IMG/VR virus record: IMGVR_UViG_3300023174_002791 | Location: 1 to 59,269 of that record | Length of the DNA: 59,269 bases | Origin: a virus | Lineage: Duplodnaviria > Caudoviricetes | Reading direction: 5' to 3' (one strand) | Part shown: piece by piece, positions 44,470 to 54,799 of the stretch | Layout: every line of letters starts with the position of its first letter | Numbering within the stretch: the first letter of the stretch is position 1 | Translations under genes and position numbers: made by a program | The notes under the pieces: model-generated | Database searches by the model: none | What the model was told of the DNA's origin: nothing | The model's input: only the letters and a program-made list of their open reading frames with translations

Positions 44470-44943
44470 CTAAGCCTTCGGGCGACCTACCGCCATAATT
44501 GTTTTGTAATCACGCTTCTTCAGATAGTAACCATCGCCATTTGACTGACTGCCAGCCTTACCTGACGAAGTGTTGCCCTCATACACGTACATATATTTAA
44601 GAGTCGTATTGTGACCCTTAACAATTCCAACGTGGTCAGCCATAGCGTCTTCATCGAACTGGAAGAAAACAACATCGCCAGCCTGAGCCTGACCAATCGG
44701 TACAATCTGATTGTTCTTGGTCAAATACTTTAGCCAAGCGTCACAAGATGCGAAGCCTTTCTTTGTGTTTGCAACTGAAGCAATAGCCCCAGCATCAAAG
44801 TACATCTTTGAAGCAGACATCGCACACCAAGGCTGGTTGTTAAGTCCGAACCACTTACCGAAGGTCGTGTCATTATTTTCTCCTTCTGTGTAGTTCAGTG
44901 AAGCCTCACAGAGAGCAAGCAATTTCTTTACGTCTACAGCCAT
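44470..44943 (-). CDS. Endolysin, CHAP domain
   Basis: QPWCA, GD..FF, HVGIV, EGNT. Confidence 0.85.
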   Translation of the reverse strand: MAVDVKKLLALCEASLNYTEGENNDTTFGKWFGLNNQPWCAMSASKMYFDAGAIASVANTKKGFASCDAWLKYLTKNNQIVPIGQAQAGDVVFFQFDEDAMADHVGIVKGHNTTLKYMYVYEGNTSSGKAGSQSNGDGYYLKKRDYKTIMAVGRPKA

Positions 44944-45521
44944 TATTTTTCCGTCCTAGTTGTTGTTTGTTTTAACGTTCTTTTTTTCAATTGTGTGTGA
45001 TAAATGAATGGGGCTGAAGTGTACACGTCATTATTAGCGGCAACCTTTAAGGCTGTCTCTAAATCCGCACCAGCGCACAAAGCCCCTATTGCGTAATCAG
45101 AGCCTGAGCCAACACCATAGAAACCCCTGCTATCTAAAGCAACAGACATATCATCTGCAATTTCAAAAACCTGACCTCCTACAGCAATCAGGAAGGCAAA
45201 TTTTGTTTCACCGTCTGCATCGGCTTCATTCCACTTGTACTCATTGTCTTTGAAACAGTTCTTCAACGAGGGTACAACTTTAGAAATCATAAAGTGATAC
45301 AAGTCGTCTACGTCAGATGCTTTAGGGATTGGGGGTTGCCAAATGTGTTGCGCTATGTCACAAGGAGCACATTCACCAGAACCAGCAATTAGATACAAAG
45401 AACGTTCTGTTATTTTGACCATTTCGCGGTGAGACTGTCGCCTACCACCACTGCCAGTAACCTGACTGTCAGCGCCAATAACAACTTTGTCTTTGTATTG
45501 AACCGCAACGATAGTAGTCAC
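44943..45521 (-). CDS. HslV/proteasome-beta-like Ntn peptidase
   Basis: N-terminal TTI, GADSQ.T, K, GSGS..A.GAL, D..T. Confidence 0.8.
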   Translation of the reverse strand: MTTIVAVQYKDKVVIGADSQVTGSGGRRQSHREMVKITERSLYLIAGSGECAPCDIAQHIWQPPIPKASDVDDLYHFMISKVVPSLKNCFKDNEYKWNEADADGETKFAFLIAVGGQVFEIADDMSVALDSRGFYGVGSGSDYAIGALCAGADLETALKVAANNDVYTSAPFIYHTQLKKRTLKQTTTRTEK

Positions 45522-45600
45522 ATCTCTCCAATGGTTGGAGGAAGCCTACGGCAAGATTAAGAGATGACCCTTACGTAACACTTATTTATAAACACTTACT

Positions 45601-45843
45601 TTATTCTTTTTTACGCTTATCAACCTTTGCGAACGCGTCATTAATTTCATCGCGGGTTAATCTGCCGTCCTGCAAGAACGAACGAGACAAGGCTTCTACA
45701 ACAGTAGAAACACCAAGCAAGCCAGCCATAAAGACTGCTGAAAGAGTATCAATACCAAATACAGCGCCAGCACCAATTACAGAAAGACCTGAAGCAGCAA
45801 ATACGGCAAGTATTCGCATAAGTATATTTCCGAGGTTATTCAT
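45601..45843 (-). CDS. Two-TM membrane protein (holin-like)
   Basis: Hydrophobic segments, DG.LT..EI..AF, basic tail. Confidence 0.65.
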   Translation of the reverse strand: MNNLGNILMRILAVFAASGLSVIGAGAVFGIDTLSAVFMAGLLGVSTVVEALSRSFLQDGRLTRDEINDAFAKVDKRKKE

Positions 45844-46012
45844 CTTCTTTTCTCTCTCTACGTACAGGGTAAGTGATAATCCATACTGCTACAGCAAACA
45901 TAATTGCGTAGCCAACGATTCCCTTAGCAGTTCCATCAAGAACTATCCAAGCAATAAACATACCTAGAAGGGTGAATAACTGACCTATTAAATCTACAAA
46001 GAACGCTCTCAT
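45836..46012 (-). CDS. 58-aa two-TM membrane protein
   Basis: Hand-called; ATGA overlap with 46009..48219. Confidence 0.65.
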   Translation of the reverse strand: MRAFFVDLIGQLFTLLGMFIAWIVLDGTAKGIVGYAIMFAVAVWIITYPVRRERKEDE

Positions 46013-48219
46013 TTTTCTCTCCTATAACCTACGGCTCCACCTGCACTAGCAGCGACAGCAGTTGCAGCGATATTGCCAACCAGTGTTGCGGCTACTACGG
46101 TTTTAGTTGCTTCTTCTCTTTCTGCTGGCGACATATCTGCACCTAGATTGCCTAGAGCAAATATCAATTGAGCAGGACTTTCGAAAATAGCAGTCAACAT
46201 CTCTGCTGGGGATTCCAAAAGTTGTAGAGCATCAGCAATTACAGCAGTAATTATAACCTCATTGCCGTTCTCATCGAGCCTGACCTCTACGGGTTGCTCT
46301 TTCGGCAAGTCGGCGTAATCAATACCTGCGGCTTCAATTGCTGCGGCAGTAACGGCATTACCTTCTGCGGCTTGAATTAGTGCTTCACCAACAAGTTCCT
46401 TTTCGGCATTAGTAAAGCCCCCTTGAGCAGCAAGGGTTTCAGACAAATTATTAACTTCTGACTGAGTTACTTTGCCATCAACAGAAAGAACGGCAAGAAT
46501 TAAATTTTCTTCTTTAACGGTTAATGCACCACCATCAGACAATGCTTTAATAACAGAAGTTTGTTCAACCTCAGTAATTTTCCCATCAGCAAGCAATGAA
46601 TCAATTACCTTTTCAGCATCAGCAGTAGTAAGGTTTCCGTCAGACAAAACATCAGTAACAACTTCTTCAGCAGTAGCAGGTGGTTCTTCGGCAATAGCAG
46701 GAGGTTCTTCTTCTACGGCAGGGGGTTCTTCAACAGGTGTTGGAGGTTCTTCAACAACAACTGGTGGCTCCTCGGCTGGTACAGGTGGTTCTTCAGCCAC
46801 AGGTTCAGGGTCAGGAATAACAACAGGTGGTTCTTCTACAACAGGAGGTTCAGGTGCAGGTTCTTCTATTGGTGGGCTTGGCTCTACAGGCGTCGGCGGT
46901 AATGGTTCTACTACGGGCGGCAAATCGACGGGTACAGGAACTGGAGTTGGCTCTACAGCAGGTTCAGGCGCTGGAGCAACAGGTTCGGGAACTGGAGACG
47001 GCGTTGGTTCTGGCAAAGGCACGGCTGGCGGTTGTACAGTTGGCTCAACAACGGGCGAAGGGGTAACAGATGGACTTGGAACGGGAGTTGATACAGGCGA
47101 AGGCGTTGCTGTATTCACTGGGGTCGGAGATGGAATCGGCTCGTTTGAAGTTACAGGAGTTGGAGACGGTGTTGGTGCAGGAGATAACGTCGGCTCATTT
47201 GAAGCGCTCGGAGTTGGAGATGGCGCTGGAGTTGGAACGCTCGAAGGCGATGGCAAAGGAGTAGGCAATGGACTTGGTATTGGTGTCGGCTCTGTTGTTT
47301 GCGACGGTGTTGGTGTGGGCGACGGTGAAGGTTCTACAGTTGGCGACGGTGTGGAAGACGGTTGAGGCATTGGAGAAGGTTCAGGACTTACAGATGGACT
47401 TGGAGTTGGAGCAACTGGTTCGGGAGTGGGAGCAGGAGTAGGCGCTGGTACAACCACGTCAGCAGTAACAACAGGTGCAATGTATACACGTGTTAAACCT
47501 GCTTCTTCTAAAGTAACAACACGACCATCAGGCAAACGAACGCCTGTTCGAGTATTTAATCCTTGCTGAACATCAGACAAATAAGTAATAGTAAGTGTGT
47601 TATCTGCGTTTATTGCAGCAGTAACAACAATTGTCGAAAGCGGTGTCCCTGCGGCATTAACGCCGTATGGTCTAACAGCCAAATCAACTTGAAACCCTGC
47701 CTGACTAGAAGTAACAATCAAATGTTCATCAGCAGCACGCCATCCTGCGGGATAAGAATTTGAAGGATTGGGATTGTTAGGGTCTAGAACAACCCAATCG
47801 TAAGCATTTACAGAAATTGAAGGTGCGTTTGGAAAACTTGCGTAATTATTATCTTGACGACCAAAAACAATAGTGGAGTTAGTGGTTGCATAAACAGCAG
47901 TGTATTCAGTGCCTTGAAAATTTACAGCGGTAGGAAGTGCTACCTGATATGAAACATCATCACCGCCACAAGTATCCTGAACAATAACAGGGGTTGAGGT
48001 TACAGTCTGACCATCTGTAGTTGTTGCAGTAACAGTTTCATTTAATGCAACAGGAGCGGTCTGAGCGGTTGCAATACTCTGTGCAGTTGTTACGCAAGCA
48101 GCAGATGCGTCTGTGGAATACATACACAAATTAAATGACAACGCTAAAGATAAACAAGCAAAAGCGGATGCTGTTTTCTTTAGACGTTGTAAGTTTTTAT
48201 ACGGGGAAGTTTTGGGCAT
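46009..48219 (-). CDS. Secreted, membrane-anchored Pro-rich surface protein
   Basis: Signal peptide ending ASA; beta-rich head; ~260 aa PT/PS then PE repeats; acidic DG..T repeats; C-terminal hydrophobic segment plus RREK. Confidence 0.7.
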   Translation of the reverse strand: MPKTSPYKNLQRLKKTASAFACLSLALSFNLCMYSTDASAACVTTAQSIATAQTAPVALNETVTATTTDGQTVTSTPVIVQDTCGGDDVSYQVALPTAVNFQGTEYTAVYATTNSTIVFGRQDNNYASFPNAPSISVNAYDWVVLDPNNPNPSNSYPAGWRAADEHLIVTSSQAGFQVDLAVRPYGVNAAGTPLSTIVVTAAINADNTLTITYLSDVQQGLNTRTGVRLPDGRVVTLEEAGLTRVYIAPVVTADVVVPAPTPAPTPEPVAPTPSPSVSPEPSPMPQPSSTPSPTVEPSPSPTPTPSQTTEPTPIPSPLPTPLPSPSSVPTPAPSPTPSASNEPTLSPAPTPSPTPVTSNEPIPSPTPVNTATPSPVSTPVPSPSVTPSPVVEPTVQPPAVPLPEPTPSPVPEPVAPAPEPAVEPTPVPVPVDLPPVVEPLPPTPVEPSPPIEEPAPEPPVVEEPPVVIPDPEPVAEEPPVPAEEPPVVVEEPPTPVEEPPAVEEEPPAIAEEPPATAEEVVTDVLSDGNLTTADAEKVIDSLLADGKITEVEQTSVIKALSDGGALTVKEENLILAVLSVDGKVTQSEVNNLSETLAAQGGFTNAEKELVGEALIQAAEGNAVTAAAIEAAGIDYADLPKEQPVEVRLDENGNEVIITAVIADALQLLESPAEMLTAIFESPAQLIFALGNLGADMSPAEREEATKTVVAATLVGNIAATAVAASAGGAVGYRREK

Positions 48220-48236
48220 TTAAGCCTTTCTTATTT

Positions 48237-51236
48237 TTACGCCTGTGCTTCTTTCCAAGAAATACGACCTGCAACGGAAACTGGAATAGCGGTTAGGTTT
48301 GTTACAAGGAACGTAAGTACATCGGGACCATCTGGATAGATTGGGCCGTTAGCAAGCGTTGTTCCTCCTCCAAGAATGGAGTTACCTAAATCGCGAAGTT
48401 GAGTCAAGTCCTGACGGTCAGTTCCCTGTGATAAGAAACCACCAGTTACTTCACCACCAGATACGGTAGTTGTACCTCCACCGTAGTCAGCAATTTGAGC
48501 AAGAGATGAGTTAATAGCAGTAGCGGAGTTACCCGTAGGGCTTGTCCACGTTGTTGATGAAGAAGGAGTTCCATTAATAACAGCAGTCACAAGATAGTTT
48601 GCAGATGGTGTTGATGTTGTTACACCAATTGAGTCCATCTTCAACTGCATACGATTGATAAGTTCACGAACACCAAATGACGCACCAATACCGTTATCTA
48701 CAGACGGTGCTACACGAATTGACATAAGCGCTTTCTGAGTAAGACCAGAGAATGTAAGTGCAGCGCTACCAACTGTTGCGGTTGCAGGATTGCTCAATAC
48801 AAGAGTTGTGCCAACAATACTTGTTACAATAGTGTTGGCTGCAATACCTGAAGAAGCGGTAACAGTCATACCAGGAATGATGTTTGTATTACCCGCTGTC
48901 AAAGTTACAGAAGCATTTGTATTTACTAAAGCACCAGTAGCAGTTGTACCGCCAGCAGGTGCCAACGTTGTTGTAGTGGTTTGACCATAAGTAAAAATAA
49001 GTGACTTATCTTCGTCAAATCGACCATCCATAATTACAGAAGTACCCCAGTGCGAAATAGTTGGAGCATACGTTGGCTGTGAAAGTTCAACAAGTGTTGG
49101 AGCACCAGAAGCACCGCTATAACTAAATACTTGAGGCGAACCAATGGACATTGGCGGGATAGTAAGAGTTGGATTAGCACCAGTAACAGCAACAGACAAA
49201 GTGAAAGTAGTTGCTGAGTTAATAGCCTGAACGTAACCACCTTCAGGGACATATCCAGTTGTTAAATCATAAACTCTTTGACCAACTTGCAGTAAAGCGG
49301 TGGATGCAACAGTAACTAGGTTTGCACCAGAAGCAACAGTTGTAGATACACCAGCAGGGATACCAGCCTTTTCACGAATAAGACCTGTGAAGGTTGTTGC
49401 TGTCTTGCCAGTATAAGTTACGTATTCAGATTTTGAATTGTCGCGAATACATATAACGCCACTGGCAGGAAAAGCAGAAGTATCTGCAACAGAGAGAACG
49501 CCGTCGCCAGACTGAAGTGTTGCAGTAATTTTGGTAAACGGAGGTTCCATAACAGTTTCATAACGACCAGGAAGGTTACCTGAACGCATATACGCTTCTG
49601 TATTAGTGTTGTTGTTTACAATACGATGACAATAAGTTACTTGACCATTTGTTGCACGGAAGCCGTAGCGAATAGCACCAGCACCATACCAAGTGTAGTC
49701 AATGTAGAACATCTGCATTTTTGATAAATCTAAGTTATAACCGCTAGTGCCTGTTCCATCCATCTTGTCAATGTTCCAAGATGATTGAGGAATTTTTGTG
49801 TCAATAGTTTTTGTAACTTGCACCATTGTTGCTGAAGGACCGCGATAGGACGGGCTGATAGTAAATGAATCGTTATCAGTAATACCAATAACTCGATATG
49901 AAGTACCACGAATAACAACAAAGTTACCAACTTCAAGTTCTTGAAGGTTAAGAGTAGGGAAAGAAACAGAAGTTTTTGTAACAGTATTTGTACCGTTTGT
50001 TACTGAGTAACGACCAGGAATTTGAAAAGTAGAAGTTCTGCGAACAACATTAAGGGTTTGTCCGTCATATTCAAAGAAAACGCCATTCTGGTCATCAAAC
50101 AAACCAAGACGGTTAGAGGCACCGTACCAATTGACAACAGAAATAGAATAATTACCAGCAGCAGGTGAAAGGGTAGGAGTTGTTCCAGCCTCGAATCTGA
50201 AAGTGTTATAACCAAGGATTGCAGTCACAACAAAAGTACCGTTATAGGTATTGTCATTAGTAACGCCACTAACTTGAATTATTGCGCCAGTCCAAAGATT
50301 ATGACGCTCTTTAACTTGTACGGTAACAGTAGTACCAGACGAAGTCATATTATCAATTTGTAAGTTAGGTTTTAAAATAGTTCCAGACGAAATCTGAATA
50401 CCTTTACCTGACTGATAGCGGAAGTAACGACGAGTTTGACGTGTGCATTTTTCGTAATTGGAATTACCGTTAGATGAAAAGATAACACCACCGTCAAATG
50501 GACGGTGAAGAACCTGACCTTGCGGACGAATATAGATATTCATTGCGCCTACGCTTAACGCTGAAGGTGCAGCACCAGTTGCCATATAAACAAATGTTGT
50601 TGGATTAGTGATAGAACAAACTTCAAAAGCACCATTAGGTGGGTTTGTGCCAGTAATGCCTGTTACAACAATCTCATTACCAATAGCCAATCCGTGGGGC
50701 TGCAAGCATTGAACAGTTACGGCTTTGTTGCTGGTATTAACAATGTAAGCACCAACGGGTCCAAGAGTTGCACTGGAATACAGAGTGCCAGTAGTGATAG
50801 TAGTTTTATTTGCATCAAATACGGCTGAGAAAGAACTGTTATTAGTTGCGCGAGCGCTATAAAAACCAACAGTGGTTCCACCGCCTGATTCAAGAACAAA
50901 GTTACCGTTGCAGGGATTTAGAAGTGCATCTTGAACGAAGATAGGTGTTCCGTTAGCAGGAAGTACACCGCCACCAAGGGTAATGATTACTTGACGTGAA
51001 CCAACAACGTATTGCATTGAAGCAATGTTAGGAATTGAGTTAGCGCTGGGATAAGCAAACGCTCTGTTATTAACAGTTATTAAGTTTTCCCACTTAGTAG
51101 TCTGAGTACCGTATTCAAAGTCGGTATCGATAAGGGATTCAGGTGCGGCAATACGCAGTTTATTTGTAGGGTCATACAGAACCTCTGTAGGTACAAAAGT
51201 TGTCGTAGTGCCTGACGTTGAAGTGGTAATTGCCAT
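48237..51236 (-). CDS. Tail fibre/spike, probable receptor-binding protein
   Basis: 999 aa Thr/Gly-rich; HGL..G/H.L..G repeats; RYQSGKG and WYGAG motifs; follows tail tip. Confidence 0.7.
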   Translation of the reverse strand: MAITTSTSGTTTTFVPTEVLYDPTNKLRIAAPESLIDTDFEYGTQTTKWENLITVNNRAFAYPSANSIPNIASMQYVVGSRQVIITLGGGVLPANGTPIFVQDALLNPCNGNFVLESGGGTTVGFYSARATNNSSFSAVFDANKTTITTGTLYSSATLGPVGAYIVNTSNKAVTVQCLQPHGLAIGNEIVVTGITGTNPPNGAFEVCSITNPTTFVYMATGAAPSALSVGAMNIYIRPQGQVLHRPFDGGVIFSSNGNSNYEKCTRQTRRYFRYQSGKGIQISSGTILKPNLQIDNMTSSGTTVTVQVKERHNLWTGAIIQVSGVTNDNTYNGTFVVTAILGYNTFRFEAGTTPTLSPAAGNYSISVVNWYGASNRLGLFDDQNGVFFEYDGQTLNVVRRTSTFQIPGRYSVTNGTNTVTKTSVSFPTLNLQELEVGNFVVIRGTSYRVIGITDNDSFTISPSYRGPSATMVQVTKTIDTKIPQSSWNIDKMDGTGTSGYNLDLSKMQMFYIDYTWYGAGAIRYGFRATNGQVTYCHRIVNNNTNTEAYMRSGNLPGRYETVMEPPFTKITATLQSGDGVLSVADTSAFPASGVICIRDNSKSEYVTYTGKTATTFTGLIREKAGIPAGVSTTVASGANLVTVASTALLQVGQRVYDLTTGYVPEGGYVQAINSATTFTLSVAVTGANPTLTIPPMSIGSPQVFSYSGASGAPTLVELSQPTYAPTISHWGTSVIMDGRFDEDKSLIFTYGQTTTTTLAPAGGTTATGALVNTNASVTLTAGNTNIIPGMTVTASSGIAANTIVTSIVGTTLVLSNPATATVGSAALTFSGLTQKALMSIRVAPSVDNGIGASFGVRELINRMQLKMDSIGVTTSTPSANYLVTAVINGTPSSSTTWTSPTGNSATAINSSLAQIADYGGGTTTVSGGEVTGGFLSQGTDRQDLTQLRDLGNSILGGGTTLANGPIYPDGPDVLTFLVTNLTAIPVSVAGRISWKEAQA

Positions 51237-51242
51237 TAGTTT

Positions 51243-51548
51243 TTAACCCTTTGAAATCTTTTTAGCAGGAGCCTTCTTAGCGGTCTTTTTAATTGCCTTA
51301 GCAGTTTCTTTTTTAGCAGTCTGCAACAAAGGTGCAGCAATCATTCCAAATGCGGGGTCTTTTTTATTAATGTAACGAAGCGCAACTGGGATAAGCGTTG
51401 TCCATAGGACGTTAGAAACATCAGCCCATTGAGAGGCTGTGAATGACATTGGGCTTGCTCCCTGACCTACAAGAACAACAGCAGCGGCTACTTGACCTGC
51501 AAGGTTACGAGCATAAGAATCGAGCATTGCTTTGAATTGAGCGTTCAT
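51243..51548 (-). CDS. Putative holin
   Basis: SY.R, two hydrophobic segments, P..LRY.N..D.AFG, Lys-rich tail. Confidence 0.6.
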   Translation of the reverse strand: MNAQFKAMLDSYARNLAGQVAAAVVLVGQGASPMSFTASQWADVSNVLWTTLIPVALRYINKKDPAFGMIAAPLLQTAKKETAKAIKKTAKKAPAKKISKG

Positions 51549-51841
51549 TTTGTCTCCTTCATTGATTTAACTAAATCATAGAGGTCATCCAGACGAGTGA
51601 CAACACTGGACTGGCGCTCCTCCAACCTAATGATTCTATCAGCAAGATGGGAGCCGCCATTGGTTTCCAATTGCGACACCAATTTGAAGATAGGGTCTAA
51701 ACGACAGTCAAGTTCGGCTTTAACTTCTGCAATCAGGGCTTTTTTCAAAGGCTTCCACACCATTTTCGTTAGGACTAAATGAAGGGTGAGAATCGCTCCT
51801 CCGATGACGCCAATAGCGCCAGCCATTTCTAGAGGATTCAT
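51545..51841 (-). CDS. Membrane protein with coiled coil (lysis/tail region)
   Basis: N-terminal TM, NGGS.L.D...RLE; start re-called at MNPLEM. Confidence 0.6.
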   Translation of the reverse strand: MNPLEMAGAIGVIGGAILTLHLVLTKMVWKPLKKALIAEVKAELDCRLDPIFKLVSQLETNGGSHLADRIIRLEERQSSVVTRLDDLYDLVKSMKETK

Positions 51842-51888
51842 AGGTCTAAGAGTAACAAACAACTACAAATATGAGTTTAGTGAAACGC

Positions 51889-52125
51889 TTATGTAAGTTT
51901 ACCAAGCACAATTAAATCATTATCGTTTAACAAACAAACAACAACATCTCCAGCAAATGGAGAATAACTGGATAAATAACGAACACCTGTGATAGCAGTT
52001 GCAGACCCTGAAACTCTCACAGAGACCCTGCTAGGGCTGTACGTAACAGCGCTGATTACACCGTAACGTAAAAATAGTGAAGTATTGCGACCAACTATTT
52101 TTCCTAAGATTTCTCCTATTTCCAT
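51889..52125 (-). CDS. Minor tail protein (OB-fold-like)
   Basis: G.I..V, L.SY.P..GD.V, VLG. Confidence 0.65.
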   Translation of the reverse strand: MEIGEILGKIVGRNTSLFLRYGVISAVTYSPSRVSVRVSGSATAITGVRYLSSYSPFAGDVVVCLLNDNDLIVLGKLT

Positions 52126-53273
52126 TAGACAGTACCTACAGCAATAATCTCATTAGCGCCCACAACACGGACAACACGGGTTTTAACACTCAGGGTGCCA
52201 TCGTATTCAAGAGGAATATCCACGGAGTCAATAATAACTGTTCTATCAACTTTTGCACCAACGCTTTTAATATAAACAACATCATTTGCATCAAGAGAAG
52301 GGTCAACAATTGCAGAGAAGTCAATCTGCTCTTGCGCCCCAATAACAGTATTCAAAATCAAGGATGCGGCTTTAATAGCGTCTGCGGATGTACTTATGAG
52401 GTTTGTGGTTACAAACGTAGGCACTGAACCAAAAACACCGTAACGGTAAGTAGGGCTTGTCGTATCTTCATCCCAAATCTCAACACGAATTGGTGTGGTT
52501 ACTTGCGAACCTTCTACAGTATAAATAACGCCATTGTAAGTTTCTTTTGTAGATATATTTCTATCAATTGCAGTAACAGTTGTACCTGTACCTTCTTTGT
52601 ATGTTGCAACAACAGAAGACGCATCAAGGGAAGGGAACTGTTTCATAGTGCATACACCCTTTACGTCAAAGTAAAGGTCATACCCAACTAACTCGGCAAT
52701 CTTAACTACATCAGCCCAAGCATCTAAAGATGAATCAGAACCAAGAACAACTTGATTGACGGTTACGTTAGTTGTTGGAAAATCTATAACAATATCTGGA
52801 TAACGGTTCTGCAACAAAGCGGTCAGTGATGCTTCTAATGTGCCATTCACCATTTGATAGGCAGAAGTCCATTTATTGCGAGAAACAATAATGGATTTAT
52901 CTTCTCCCCTGATAGTCATATCAACGCCGTCATTTGTATCAGTTGCTTTTACTTCAGTAATTACAAATACGCCTAGTGGAACGTATTCTTCAGTACCATC
53001 ATCAAACTGGATACCTCTAAAAAGTTTAAGTTGATTACCAAAAGGTGCAAGGTAGTCGAAACCATCATCGGGAACAAGATTGCTGGAAGTTCTATCAGTA
53101 GTTAAATGCACTTCACAAGTTCTACGAATGATGCTATTTGAATTAACACTTACTTTTCCATTGTCAATGTTAAGGTCAATAAGTTTTCTGTCAGCGTTCC
53201 ACACTTCAGCCTTGGCAATAACACGGTGATTGGTTTGAACAGCAGCCTTAAATTTTGCAGTCGTTGGATACAT
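52125..53273 (-). CDS. Baseplate hub/minor tail protein (DUF5047-like)
   Basis: G.V.V....IRRTC, P.G..L...RG, VPLGVF, YNGV, SPTY..G.FG. Confidence 0.75.
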   Translation of the reverse strand: MYPTTAKFKAAVQTNHRVIAKAEVWNADRKLIDLNIDNGKVSVNSNSIIRRTCEVHLTTDRTSSNLVPDDGFDYLAPFGNQLKLFRGIQFDDGTEEYVPLGVFVITEVKATDTNDGVDMTIRGEDKSIIVSRNKWTSAYQMVNGTLEASLTALLQNRYPDIVIDFPTTNVTVNQVVLGSDSSLDAWADVVKIAELVGYDLYFDVKGVCTMKQFPSLDASSVVATYKEGTGTTVTAIDRNISTKETYNGVIYTVEGSQVTTPIRVEIWDEDTTSPTYRYGVFGSVPTFVTTNLISTSADAIKAASLILNTVIGAQEQIDFSAIVDPSLDANDVVYIKSVGAKVDRTVIIDSVDIPLEYDGTLSVKTRVVRVVGANEIIAVGTV

Positions 53274-54796
53274 TACGCATCAGTCTCTACATACTTGAGC
53301 GTGATGTCACGATACACATTGCCGCTTTGAGATTCTGCCGTCCATTTGCGTTCAGTAATACGGATATATTTTTGATTGCCGTAAGGGTCTTGCACAAAGA
53401 GTTTACCCTGATGCGTTAGCAAAGGATAGAAAGCATCCCATTCTGCTTCAGTAACTGTCTTAATGTTATAAGCACCGTCTTCTCCCTGTAATGGTCCAGC
53501 AATAATAATAGGTTTACTAGCACCAAGAGGTCTAAACGTTGTATTAGGCTCATCTACAATAACGTCTAATTCTTTAAGCACACGAACAGAACCTTTATTG
53601 AGTTCAGCATTTAGGATGCACTTGAACCACCAAGTTGAGTCATTCGTAATCAAAACTTGTTGAGTTGGAGACCAACCAGAAGGATATTCAACAGAGTTTG
53701 AGTCTACGGCAACTACACGTGCTCGGTAATACGCTGTAATTCCTCTAGGCGCTTCATAGTCGGCAATGATTCCCTGATTAGAACCATTCAAAGTGATATT
53801 GCTACCACCACGAATATAACTCCACGTAACACCTGAATCGTCAGAACGTTGCACTTGATGATACTGACTTACAAAACTGCCTGACAATGAACTGCCTGTA
53901 AGAGTAAACGACGCTTTACCTAGAGAAGAAGACCAGGCAACAGCCATTGATGGGACAGTCTGCGTAGAGTACGCAACAGAAAATTCTGAATAGTTCCAGT
54001 CAGACCAAAAAGGAAGACCGTTGATTTCTTTGGCTACACGAACAAAACAACGATAAGTTGCTGGGGTTAGGAGTGTGCCTACAACAGAGTTTAAGTTTGA
54101 GCCAGCAACAATTCCTGAAGTCCAAGTAGGTGTTGATGTATTTACATTGAAACCACCAGCGCTATAAACACCAGAAGAAAACACTTTGATTTGCGAGTAT
54201 TCCTGAGTTGAGTTGTCAGTGCTATCAACGTACGTCCAAGTAATATCTGGAGCAGTAACGCTTACACCGCCTACAGGGGCTGTTACAGACCCTACAGATG
54301 GTTGAGTAGCAACATCTACGTCTACAAACAACTCATAAATTTTGCCACGGTCTGTAGTGTCTTTATATTCAGTGACCTTTGCACGAACATTGTTGATATT
54401 AGTTTGAGTCCATTCAGAACCGTCTGGAGCAGACGTGTAATAGGGACCAGAGAAAACTGTAGGGGAAGTGTAAGAACCACGGATAGCAAGACCTGAATAA
54501 AAATAATTTACGCGGCTAATAAGACCACCAAGATAAACGTTAATTTTGCCGTTGTCGTTTGGAGTTGAACAACGAGCACGAACACGTATTTGTTTAATGC
54601 GTTGAGTAGCAAGAATAGTCAAACTAGAGAAATCCATAATAAGGTCAGCAGAGCCAACAACAGTATTATTTTTCTGGATATAAGTTCCGTCAGCATTATC
54701 GCTAAGTGCGGCTTGAATAGAGGCTGAACCACCTGTGATGGAATAGAGAGAAGCACCAGTAGCAGTAGCGTTAGGAGTAACTGTAGTTATAGCCAT
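53273..54796 (-). CDS. Distal tail protein with FN3-like domains
   Basis: WS.W, DYEAP.G...YYRAR; follows the TMP. Confidence 0.65.
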   Translation of the reverse strand: MAITTVTPNATATGASLYSITGGSASIQAALSDNADGTYIQKNNTVVGSADLIMDFSSLTILATQRIKQIRVRARCSTPNDNGKINVYLGGLISRVNYFYSGLAIRGSYTSPTVFSGPYYTSAPDGSEWTQTNINNVRAKVTEYKDTTDRGKIYELFVDVDVATQPSVGSVTAPVGGVSVTAPDITWTYVDSTDNSTQEYSQIKVFSSGVYSAGGFNVNTSTPTWTSGIVAGSNLNSVVGTLLTPATYRCFVRVAKEINGLPFWSDWNYSEFSVAYSTQTVPSMAVAWSSSLGKASFTLTGSSLSGSFVSQYHQVQRSDDSGVTWSYIRGGSNITLNGSNQGIIADYEAPRGITAYYRARVVAVDSNSVEYPSGWSPTQQVLITNDSTWWFKCILNAELNKGSVRVLKELDVIVDEPNTTFRPLGASKPIIIAGPLQGEDGAYNIKTVTEAEWDAFYPLLTHQGKLFVQDPYGNQKYIRITERKWTAESQSGNVYRDITLKYVETDA

Positions 54797-54799
54797 TGT

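Noticed and set aside
46472-47365. 297-aa Gly-rich plus-strand ORF
   Set aside because: Antisense shadow of the Pro-rich repeat codons of 46009..48219
46680-47450. CRISPR array or tandem DNA repeat
   Set aside because: Degenerate codon-level repeats in a coding region; no constant repeat with unique spacers
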